NCBI GenBank assembly: GCA_052389415.1
Contig: JBQTHX010000059.1
Span: 1-32,984, forward strand
Length of the DNA: 32,984 nt
DNA from: Nitrosopumilaceae archaeon
Lineage (GTDB): Archaea; Thermoproteota; Nitrososphaeria; Nitrososphaerales; Nitrosopumilaceae
Direction of reading: 5' to 3'
Under the pieces are notes generated by a model. It had not been told where the DNA came from and ran no database searches. It saw nothing but the letters and a program-made list of their open reading frames with translations. The position numbers were made by a program, and so were the translations under genes. Shown piece after piece: positions 8,587-16,976 of the stretch (position 1 is its first letter; each line of letters begins with the position of its first letter).

Positions 8587-10863
8587 TTACATACTATTTT
8601 TATTTAGAACATTTAACGCGGAACCAGCACGAAACCATTGGATCTGAAATTTGTTGTACGAGTGATTAAGCAGTATTTCCTCGCTAGTCCCATTTTCATG
8701 GTCTATGATACATTTTACTGGTTTTCCTTGTTCTAAATGGTTCAGGTCTACAAGACTAATTCTGTCATTTTCTTTTATTTTTTCATAATCATCCTGGTTG
8801 CCAAACGTAAGAGCTAGAATGCCCTGTTTTTTCAGATTAGTTTCATGTATTCGAGCAAAACTTTTTACAATGACAGCAGCACATCCCATGAATCTTGGTG
8901 ACATGGCAGCATGTTCCCTACTACTTCCTTCGCCGTAATTGCGGTCACCAATAACTATCCATTTGATTTCTTTTTTCTTGTACTGTCTTGCAATATCGGG
9001 AAATGGTTCTAAATTTCCTGTAAGACTATTTTTGCCTTTTCCTACTTCATTACTGTAAGCGTTAACTGCGCCAAGAAACATGTTATCACTTAGCTTGTCA
9101 AGATGACCTCTATAAAACAACCAAGGACCTGCAGGAGAAATATGATCAGTTGTGCATTTTCCCCTTGCCTTGACTAGTATTGGAAGTTTTAAAAAATCAT
9201 TTCCATCCCATTTTGAAAACGGCTCTAATTTCTGTAGTCTTTCACTGTTTTTACTTATTACAACTTCAACAGAGTCAGGATCTTTTGACGGCAAGACAAA
9301 GATCCCTTCAGGTTGTTGAAATCCATCGTTTGGAACTTCGGGTGCTTTTTTTGGAGGCTCTAGTTTAAACTCTGAACCATCTGGTGCAATCAATGAATCT
9401 TTTAGTGGATTAAAAGACAATCTCCCACCAAGGGCCAGTGCAGTAACCAATTCTGGGCTGCCTATGAAATTCATTGTCTCCCTTTTTCCATCATTTCTTC
9501 CCGGAAAATTTCTATTATATGAGGTGACAATTGTGTTTGGCTCCCCTTTTTTTAGTTCAGGTCTATTCCATTGTCCTATGCATGGTCCACAGGCATTAGC
9601 TAGAACTGTTGCCCCTATGGATTTGAGTGAGTCCATCTGACCATCTCTTTCTATTGTAGCTCTAATTTGTTCCGAGCCAGGAGTAACAAGAAGTGGTATT
9701 TTTGTTTTGATTCCTTTAGATCTTGCTTGCTCAGCCATACTAGCTGCGCGCGACATGTCTTCATATGAAGAGTTTGTACAACTTCCTATCAGTGCAACTG
9801 AAATGTTGTCAAGATAATTGTTTTTTTTCACGTCTTCTGCCATTTGTGAAATTGGCCTAGCAAGATCTGGTGTGTGTGGACCCACTAAATGTGGCTCTAA
9901 CGTTGAAAGATTGATTCTAATTACTTGATCAAAGTACTTTTCAGGCATTTGTTCAATTTCTGGATCTTCAATCAACAAATTTTTGAACTTGTTTGCAAGG
10001 TCTGCTAACTTGCCACGATTTGTTGCTCTAAGATATGTATCCATTCTTTTATCATATGGAAACACCGAACATGTTGCGCCAATCTCAGCACCCATGTTTG
10101 TTATTGTTGCTTTTCCTGTGCAACTTATAGATTCTGCACCAGGACCAAAATATTCAATGATAGAATTTGTTCCTCCAGAAACTGTAAGTTTTGATGCAAC
10201 GTATAGTATAATGTCCTTTGGTGCAGTCCACCCATTTAGCTGACCTGTCAGGTAAATGCCTATGCGTTTTGGATAGAGGAGTTCCCATGGTAGACCAGCC
10301 ATTGTTTCGGCTGCATCCAATCCTCCAACACCGATTGCAAGCATCCCAAGACCACCCGCATTTGGAGTATGAGAATCTGTCCCAATCATCAGGCCTCCAG
10401 GAAACGCATAGTTTTCAAGAACTACTTGATGAATGATTCCAGCGCCAGGTTTCCAAAAACCAATTCCATATTTTCTGCTTGCAGATTCTAAGAATTTGTA
10501 TACCTCACTGTTCTCATTAATTGCTGCTTTAGTGTCTGAATCTCCTTCTATTCTAGCTTGAATTAGATGATCGCAATGTACAGTAGTAGGAAGTAATGTT
10601 CGCTTCAATCCAGCTTGCATAAACTGCAGAATTGTTGTTTGACCAGTTACATCCTGTAAAGCAACACGATCTGGACGCAGATAGACATAACTCTTTCCAG
10701 ATTCAACATTTTGTGCATCTTCAATATCTTCAAAATGTCCTATCAGTATTTTCTCTGAAAGTGTCAGTGGTCGGTTTGTTCTTTTTGTAAAGTTTGTAAT
10801 ATTTTGTTCTGTTTTTTTATAAACAGCTAACACCAGATCTGGTGTAGATTCTATTTGGCTCAT
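8587..10863 (-). CDS. acnA: Aconitate hydratase (mitochondrial-like type)
   Basis: VHCDH, GIIHQ, GTDSHT, IGSCTNSS, NACGPCIG (three Fe-S Cys), TTDHISPAG and YGEGSSREHAA. Confidence 0.96.
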   Translation of the reverse strand: MSQIESTPDLVLAVYKKTEQNITNFTKRTNRPLTLSEKILIGHFEDIEDAQNVESGKSYVYLRPDRVALQDVTGQTTILQFMQAGLKRTLLPTTVHCDHLIQARIEGDSDTKAAINENSEVYKFLESASRKYGIGFWKPGAGIIHQVVLENYAFPGGLMIGTDSHTPNAGGLGMLAIGVGGLDAAETMAGLPWELLYPKRIGIYLTGQLNGWTAPKDIILYVASKLTVSGGTNSIIEYFGPGAESISCTGKATITNMGAEIGATCSVFPYDKRMDTYLRATNRGKLADLANKFKNLLIEDPEIEQMPEKYFDQVIRINLSTLEPHLVGPHTPDLARPISQMAEDVKKNNYLDNISVALIGSCTNSSYEDMSRAASMAEQARSKGIKTKIPLLVTPGSEQIRATIERDGQMDSLKSIGATVLANACGPCIGQWNRPELKKGEPNTIVTSYNRNFPGRNDGKRETMNFIGSPELVTALALGGRLSFNPLKDSLIAPDGSEFKLEPPKKAPEVPNDGFQQPEGIFVLPSKDPDSVEVVISKNSERLQKLEPFSKWDGNDFLKLPILVKARGKCTTDHISPAGPWLFYRGHLDKLSDNMFLGAVNAYSNEVGKGKNSLTGNLEPFPDIARQYKKKEIKWIVIGDRNYGEGSSREHAAMSPRFMGCAAVIVKSFARIHETNLKKQGILALTFGNQDDYEKIKENDRISLVDLNHLEQGKPVKCIIDHENGTSEEILLNHSYNKFQIQWFRAGSALNVLNKNSM

Positions 10864-10938
10864 AGTATCAATCTACTCTTATTTTTAATATAAATTGTCC
10901 TAGACAGTTTACAGAATTTGCGTGCATATCAAAAACGA

Positions 10939-11556
10939 TTATTGGTTTTCTTTAACTAGATTAATGAAATACTTGTGTACCGATAAATCACTTGTTAATT
11001 CAGGGTGGAATGAAGTTCCAAGTATCATTCCTTGTTTTATTGCAATAATTTTCTCGTTAAATTTTGATACAACCTCTACATTCTTTCCTATTTCTACTAT
11101 TGATGGAGCCCGAATGAACACGCCCTGAAATTTTGGAATTCCAATTTTTTCCATCGAGATTTCTGATTCAAATGAATCACACTGTCTTCCAAAGGTATTT
11201 CTTTCGATTTTCACGTCTAGCAAATCTAAAAGTGGTTGATTCGTATCACCTACTACTCGATCCTTTACCCTTTTTGAAAGCAATATCATTCCCGCACAGA
11301 TTCCCAAAACTGGCATACCTGATTCAATTTTTTCTTTGATCTGTTTCAGAGAACCATTGACAAGAGATAGTTGTCCTATTACAGTACTTTCTCCTCCCGG
11401 AATGATCATTCCATCAAGCTCAGAAATTTGTTCTGGATATTTGATTTCATTTACAATTCCCTCAATGCCAAGTTCTTCCATTGCCATTTTCGTTGAAATT
11501 ATATTTTCTTCAACATCTCCTTGAACTGCAAGGACTCCGATATTTAATCCGCTCAC
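10939..11556 (-). CDS. pdxT: Pyridoxal 5'-phosphate synthase glutaminase subunit
   Basis: PGGEST, GICAG, FIRAP and FHPEL; 4-nt overlap with pdxS. Confidence 0.97.
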   Translation of the reverse strand: MSGLNIGVLAVQGDVEENIISTKMAMEELGIEGIVNEIKYPEQISELDGMIIPGGESTVIGQLSLVNGSLKQIKEKIESGMPVLGICAGMILLSKRVKDRVVGDTNQPLLDLLDVKIERNTFGRQCDSFESEISMEKIGIPKFQGVFIRAPSIVEIGKNVEVVSKFNEKIIAIKQGMILGTSFHPELTSDLSVHKYFINLVKENQ

Positions 11557-12521
11557 GCTGTACTTCCACGCTCTTGCATCTTTAGTTCAAGGTTTTTGGT
11601 GTCTAGTCCCAACATAGATTGCCTTTCATCTATCATTTTTTGTGCTTCCTTAACCTTGTCTGCATCTTCCCAAAAAGTAGTAGCAAGAACTATTGCTTGT
11701 GCACGTTCACTTGCATCCTCAGCTTTGAATATTCCAGAACCAACAAAAATTCCGTCACAGCCAAGCGACATAAGATATGCAGCATCAGCAGGAGTAGATA
11801 TGCCTCCTGCTGCAAAATTTACTACAGGCAATCTTCCAAGACCTGATGTTTCTTCTACAAGTTCATAAGAAACTTTGAGATCTCTTGCCATTCGAATCAA
11901 TTCTTGTTCATCTCCAGAGTCATAAATCGATTTTATTTTTCTAAGTTCGTCATTTACATTTTTTATGTGAGTGACAGCTTCTGCTACATTTCCTGTTCCA
12001 GGTTCTCCCTTGGTTCTTATCATGGCTGCACCTTCTTCTATTCTACGGAGCGCTTCACCCAAATTTCTTGCACCATTTACAAAAGGTGTGGTAAAATCCC
12101 ATTTCCAAATATGATGCAATTCATCTGCTGGAGTTAGTACTTCGGATTCATCAATCATGTCGACATTTGTTTCTTGCAAAACTTTAGCTTCGTATACATG
12201 ACCAATCCTACATTTTGCCATAACAGGAATTGTAATAGAATCCATGATTTCTTGAATAATTCTAATGCTTGCTGTTCTTGCAACACCTCCAGCCTTTCTC
12301 ACATCGGAGGGAAGCTTGTCTAGAACCATAACGGAGACTGCACCTGCATCCTCTGCTATCTGTGCTTGTTCAACAGTAGTAACATCCATCACAACTCCAT
12401 TTTTTAACATGTGAGCAAATCCTCGTTTTAGAGTAGAGGTCCCGCGCTTGACAGAATACGATTCTATTTTTTCATCAATAATTCCTTTTGAATTATCAAG
12501 ATTTCCAGAAAGTGGTATCAT
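11553..12521 (-). CDS. pdxS: Pyridoxal 5'-phosphate synthase lyase subunit
   Basis: [44 protein letters not shown] and C-terminal MQERG. Confidence 0.97.
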   Translation of the reverse strand: MIPLSGNLDNSKGIIDEKIESYSVKRGTSTLKRGFAHMLKNGVVMDVTTVEQAQIAEDAGAVSVMVLDKLPSDVRKAGGVARTASIRIIQEIMDSITIPVMAKCRIGHVYEAKVLQETNVDMIDESEVLTPADELHHIWKWDFTTPFVNGARNLGEALRRIEEGAAMIRTKGEPGTGNVAEAVTHIKNVNDELRKIKSIYDSGDEQELIRMARDLKVSYELVEETSGLGRLPVVNFAAGGISTPADAAYLMSLGCDGIFVGSGIFKAEDASERAQAIVLATTFWEDADKVKEAQKMIDERQSMLGLDTKNLELKMQERGSTA

Positions 12522-12546
12522 GTTTGTTAATCGTTACGAGTGTTAT

Positions 12547-13080
12547 TTATTCTATTATTCCAGAAATTATCCTATCAAATTCATCTTTTACGTGAATAAT
12601 TAATGGCGGAATAAAATCACTAGTAGCATTTTGTTCAGGCCATTGAATATTGCTAGTTACACCGTTTAGAGTTATTTTAATTCCAAATTTGTCAAATTCA
12701 GAAACGTTATTTTTAACAGCAAAAGAATTTTTTGGAATTTGCGTAAATCCTGTCTCTTTTATCAGAGCCTTGAGTCTTTTCATTGTATTTTTTTCCAACA
12801 CATCCTTAACATCAGGTTCAGGTTTACCATCAATTGTTACGCTATATCTTAGATTTCCATCATTTTGGATTGACAACAGTTCTGTCTTTGTCGCCCCTAT
12901 AGTTTCTGTCATTCCAAACGATATTTTCTTTAGATGTTGTATGCTATACTCAATTGAAATTTCATCAGTTGAATCTGTGGCAGAGGTAGGAATTTCAGGT
13001 TGAGTCAGTTGTGGAATCACAATTAAGAGGGCTATAGTTACTGGAATGGCTCCAACCAAAATCATTATTGGCTTTACCAT
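12547..13080 (-). CDS. Membrane-anchored hypothetical protein
   Basis: 177 aa; N-terminal hydrophobic anchor followed by a soluble domain. Confidence 0.75.
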   Translation of the reverse strand: MVKPIMILVGAIPVTIALLIVIPQLTQPEIPTSATDSTDEISIEYSIQHLKKISFGMTETIGATKTELLSIQNDGNLRYSVTIDGKPEPDVKDVLEKNTMKRLKALIKETGFTQIPKNSFAVKNNVSEFDKFGIKITLNGVTSNIQWPEQNATSDFIPPLIIHVKDEFDRIISGIIE

Positions 13081-13271
13081 TTCTAACCAATCACCATTTT
13101 CCTTTGGTTTGTTTCCATATTAATTTGAGAACAATTATTTCCTATTTGATGTTTTGAAATAATTTGTAAAGTCAAGTTTTGTATTTTTGTGTTGAGAAAT
13201 GCATAAAGTTAACATGTATATTTTCAGCTCTCAAGTAAATTAAAATTCAAGTGTATTTATCTCACTTGCGT

Positions 13272-13428
13272 GGGGTCGTAGCCTAGCCAGGCATGGCGAC
13301 AGGATAGATCACATGATCACCGCTAAGGGCTCCAGTGGTTTCACAAGCTTCACTGACGAAAGGATGATGTACAGTTTGGAGCTGTAGTGACCCGTGTGTC
13401 GCCGGTTCAACTCCGGTCGGCCCCACCA
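13272..13428 (+). tRNA. tRNA-Trp(CCA) with two introns: 13301-13326 (position 28/29) and 13336-13389 (position 37/38); CCA end encoded
   Basis: Acceptor stem GGGGTCG/CGGCCCC-A-CCA. Removing both introns gives the anticodon arm ACGGG-CT-CCA-GA-CCCGT. BHB central helices are GGCG/CGCT and CTCC/GTAG (one mismatch). Confidence 0.92.
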
Positions 13429-13532
13429 TTTTGATCCATGTTCTAGCGAACAGTTATATGCGAAAAGCGAGTTAGTCAATTCCTACATGGTTACTATTAA
13501 TTTTATATTCAACTTTTTGGGAGCATTTTAAA

Positions 13533-14165
13533 TTGAGCCGTGGAAATTTTCCCAGTTTTGGCATCTCAAAAACAGGAACATTTGTTTCTGCTCTGAAAAA
13601 TTATAATCTGCCACATTTCATTCTTGAAAAAGTGGCAGAAGATTGCGAATCCGATCTAATCAAAAAGGGAAGAATTGAGGATCGGCTGCAAAGTATGAAT
13701 GATTCTGCTCTTGAACTTCTTCACAAGGTTTTTGTTGAATGCGAGGAAGACGTCGATGGTGTTTTTGCTAATTATCGTTTTTGTGCTTATATTTCTAGTA
13801 TGTTTCACAAGTGCGAAATCCTACTGAATGAAAGGATTCAAGGTCATTCTGGCAAGGTTCACAAGGTACCTGTTGCTGTTAAAAATAATGGAATGTATGT
13901 AGCAATTGGTTTTAACAAATCAACTGGCGGCCCTATAACCAAAAAAGATGCCATAAAATTTTATCAAATTGTAGATGATGTTAAAAAGGGCGAGCATGGC
14001 ACACTTTTGACGGACGGGATCTATGGCTCCTCAGTAGGTTTTGAGGGAGAAGCCCTTGTAAATCTTGAGAATCTTAGCAAGTCCCGTAAAAAAGATCCTG
14101 AAAATAAGATAGATTTCAAAACAGCAAGTTTTGAAAATAGAATATACTCAGTTACCAAATGTTAG
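13533..14165 (+). CDS. Hypothetical protein with a degenerate Mrr-like restriction-endonuclease fold in its C-terminal half
   Basis: TTG start, TTTTATA ~25 nt upstream; IQGHSGKVHKVPV...KFYQIVDD...GIYGSSVGF resembles the Mrr_cat pattern. Confidence 0.7.
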   Translation: MSRGNFPSFGISKTGTFVSALKNYNLPHFILEKVAEDCESDLIKKGRIEDRLQSMNDSALELLHKVFVECEEDVDGVFANYRFCAYISSMFHKCEILLNERIQGHSGKVHKVPVAVKNNGMYVAIGFNKSTGGPITKKDAIKFYQIVDDVKKGEHGTLLTDGIYGSSVGFEGEALVNLENLSKSRKKDPENKIDFKTASFENRIYSVTKC

Positions 14166-14316
14166 ATTAACTTTGTTCTTTATTGGGACAAAATTTAGCG
14201 TGAACTCCCTTTTCAATATTTAATGTAGTTTCGTTTTCGTGAAATAGTCTTTTTCCACAGTCTGGACAGACAAATTCAGGCATGAAAAAAAACCATCTTG
14301 ACCTCCTTATAGTCTT

Positions 14317-14538
14317 TTACAGCCACTTTATGCCGGCTATTTCATAATACTTTTCTTTGGCACGAGAATGTCTGGGCCTAACATGCAATACAGAGTTACA
14401 ACAAGGGCATTTTGATCCGCACCATTTGAAGTACACACTGCACACACCACATCTTTTTTGTCCGTTCATGTAACGAAAAGTTGTTTTTCCTAACGACTGC
14501 TTGAAGATAGTTTTACATTCTCCTTTACAACTAAGCAT
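14317..14538 (-). CDS. Small Cys-rich zinc-finger-like protein
   Basis: 73 aa with CKGEC, CGVC and CPCC; basic. Confidence 0.75.
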   Translation of the reverse strand: MLSCKGECKTIFKQSLGKTTFRYMNGQKRCGVCSVYFKWCGSKCPCCNSVLHVRPRHSRAKEKYYEIAGIKWL

Positions 14539-14583
14539 GAATGAAATTTAGATTTCCGAGATTAAAAGAAACTGGTGATTCTG

Positions 14584-15144
14584 CTATAACCGAATTTCAG
14601 ATGTGTCAATAGTTGAGAATGTTGTAAACTTGTCTGTTTTTTTAAAAGTTTCATCATAGTGTTCGAAAGGCAATGACGCGAAAAGGTGTTTTGTCCAGAT
14701 CTCGTGAACGAGTTCAACATAATTTTTGTTATTGGATTGTCTAAGAAACTCATGAGCCAATTCGTGTGATACTACAGTACAGTTTTTTTCTGCTAGAAAT
14801 GGAATATCATGGTTGATTACAGGCTGCCACCAGATCATACTAAAATTTTCTGCATGATATCCTTCACAGGTACAATCTGTCCACAGTGGTCTGAAATACG
14901 TAAGGTAAAAATGGTAAATATCCTCCCCCCTTTGCCTATGATCATTTAGGAGCGATCCCATGTTAATTCTGTGAAAAAAAGAGTGATTAACTGGCATTTG
15001 ATCTGCTTGTACATCGATTTTTTTTGAGAATGTTTTTTCAATCCAAATTTTATAAAATTTTGCCATATGTACAACATATTCAAATTCCAACGCTCTTTTG
15101 TCTAAATCTTGTTTTTTCACTACAAAAATAAAATGTAATAACAC
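14584..15144 (-). CDS. Zincin-like (HExxH) hypothetical protein
   Basis: GTG start; TVVSHELAHE zinc-binding motif and CTCEGY. Confidence 0.78.
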   Translation of the reverse strand: MLLHFIFVVKKQDLDKRALEFEYVVHMAKFYKIWIEKTFSKKIDVQADQMPVNHSFFHRINMGSLLNDHRQRGEDIYHFYLTYFRPLWTDCTCEGYHAENFSMIWWQPVINHDIPFLAEKNCTVVSHELAHEFLRQSNNKNYVELVHEIWTKHLFASLPFEHYDETFKKTDKFTTFSTIDTSEIRL

Positions 15145-15197
15145 AAGTCCAAAAACTAAAGCTAGAGTTAAAAGCTATTCGTCTTTGAGAAATTAAT

Positions 15198-16055
15198 ATG
15201 CCCAGATTCGATCCAATAAAATACAAAAAACGAATCATAGATACATGGAATGAATTTGCACCGAAATATCATTCAGAATGGGCTAGTACAAACAAAGGTC
15301 CATTTGAGAGTACATCAAAGTTAGTAGCAATTTCTGAAATAAAAATAGGCGATTCGGTTCTTGATCTAGCATGCGGAACTGGAGTTGTTACAAAGAAAAT
15401 TGCTTCGAAGATAGGTTCCGATGGAAAAGTTTTAGGAGTAGATATTTCCCCCGGCCCCATAAGAATCGCAAAGAAATGGATCTCAGAAAAAAATGTAAGA
15501 TTTGTTAATACTGACGCTGAGAAAATGGATTTTAATGAAGAGTTTGACGCAGTGACATGCCAATATGGTCTAATGTTTTTCCCCAACATACAACTTGTTC
15601 TAAGAAAAGTTCGTAAGTTTCTAAAAAAGGGTGGAAGAATCACTGTTGCAGTACACGGTAGTAAAAATACTACTCCATATTTTAGTTGTATTTCTAATGT
15701 AGTGTTGAAACTAATACCAGATCTTTTTCCAGTAGGAACTCCAACCGTACATCGATTTGGAACAAAAAATCTTTTGAAAACAGAGTTTGAAAAAGCTGGT
15801 TTTGAAAAGATCAAAGTTTACAGATTTAATTTTGAGTATTCCCCAGGAACATTCAAGGATTATTGGGAAGATTATTTTACAAATCTTACGATTCCACTTA
15901 AAGAGAAATTCAAATCGCTTGACTCAAATCAATTTGTGTTAATGAAGAAAAAAATAGAAAAAAATACTAAAAGATTCTCAAAAAATGGAAAGATTACTTT
16001 CCCATGGAGGGTTTTGATTCTTACAGCGGTTAATCCAAAAAAGTTAAGTGATTAA
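15198..16055 (+). CDS. Class I SAM-dependent methyltransferase (UbiE-like)
   Basis: VLDLACGTG, GVDIS, DAE, FDAVTCQYGLMFFP and LKKGG. Confidence 0.92.
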   Translation: MPRFDPIKYKKRIIDTWNEFAPKYHSEWASTNKGPFESTSKLVAISEIKIGDSVLDLACGTGVVTKKIASKIGSDGKVLGVDISPGPIRIAKKWISEKNVRFVNTDAEKMDFNEEFDAVTCQYGLMFFPNIQLVLRKVRKFLKKGGRITVAVHGSKNTTPYFSCISNVVLKLIPDLFPVGTPTVHRFGTKNLLKTEFEKAGFEKIKVYRFNFEYSPGTFKDYWEDYFTNLTIPLKEKFKSLDSNQFVLMKKKIEKNTKRFSKNGKITFPWRVLILTAVNPKKLSD

Positions 16056-16291
16056 CTCTGTCCTTCTATTCCCATCAGAGTTAAAGTAGAACGGATTTTT
16101 TCTATCTTTCGAATCTTCCACGTAATTACTTCTCTTAACGCTTCTACTGATGGCGATTCTATTTTGGCCAAAATATCATATGCACCAAATGTTCCATGTA
16201 CTTCCTTTACGCCTTCTATGGATTTTAGTTGTCCTATGATAGATTCCTCAGAGCCAAGTTCGCAGTTTATTAAGACATATGCTGTTGCCAT
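16052..16291 (-). CDS. Lrp/AsnC ligand-binding (RAM) domain protein without an HTH
   Basis: 79 aa; AYVLIN...GVKEVHGTFGAYDILAKI...IRSTLTL. Confidence 0.9.
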   Translation of the reverse strand: MATAYVLINCELGSEESIIGQLKSIEGVKEVHGTFGAYDILAKIESPSVEALREVITWKIRKIEKIRSTLTLMGIEGQS

Positions 16292-16356
16292 GGGCTAGTT
16301 ATACAAATCAAATATATCAATAGATCTGTTTCAAGCCACTTTGATTAGAACCCTGA

Positions 16357-16767
16357 TTAATTATTTGATCTCTTCATTATTATATCCCAGATATTCTTTG
16401 GCACAGGCATTACTGATAAGCGCGATATGCGTAAGAGTTCCCAATTTTTGAAAACTGGTTCTTTTTTCATCTCTTCCAAGGTCACTGGTCTCTTGAGTAG
16501 TTTTACAGGTTTAACATCTACAACAACATATCGTCTATCATCTTCGTTGGGATCGGGATAGGGTTGAGACATTATAGCAATAATTCCCACAACCTGTTTT
16601 TCATCTCCTGTATGATAGAAGAGAGCGTGATCTCCTTTTTTCATTGATCTGATGTGCATTAGAGCTAGGTTGTTATGCACCCCATCCCAAACTGTCTTTT
16701 TCTCTTTTTCAAGATGAGTATAATTATAAACTGAAGGTTCCTGTTTTAACAACCAGTATTTTTTCAT
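16357..16767 (-). CDS. EVE domain protein
   Basis: YWLLKQEP, WDGVHN, MKKGDHALFYH and RLSVMPV are typical of EVE/thymocyte nuclear protein. Confidence 0.92.
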   Translation of the reverse strand: MKKYWLLKQEPSVYNYTHLEKEKKTVWDGVHNNLALMHIRSMKKGDHALFYHTGDEKQVVGIIAIMSQPYPDPNEDDRRYVVVDVKPVKLLKRPVTLEEMKKEPVFKNWELLRISRLSVMPVPKNIWDIIMKRSNN

Positions 16768-16813
16768 TTAATTATTTTGTATCACTTTCTTTATGACTTT
16801 TTTTATTATAAAG

Positions 16814-16952
16814 AAATGTTCCCCGGGTCTGACCCACAAAAAGTCATTGGTAGCATTTGCTTTCCCTCATCTTTGTTCTTACACCGGGGTGCCCTGTCGC
16901 ACGGCTGGGTGGACCAAAAATCATGTTTTATCATTCCAGTCCGTCTGCGTGC
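16814..16952 (-). ncRNA. Two-hairpin box H/ACA pseudouridylation guide RNA
   Basis: Minus strand reads GCACG[CAGAC]GGACTGGAA-TGA..ATGA-TTTTTGGTCC[ACCCAGC]CGTGC-G-ACA, then CCCCGG[TGTAAGA]ACAAAG-ATGA..AATGA-CTTTTTGT[GGGTCAGAC]CCGGGG-A-ACA, then a T-rich tail. Each hairpin has a lower stem, pocket, upper stem, K-turn/K-loop GA pairs and an ACA box. Confidence 0.82.
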
Positions 16953-16976
16953 ATTTATGGGCAGATTGTTTTATTA

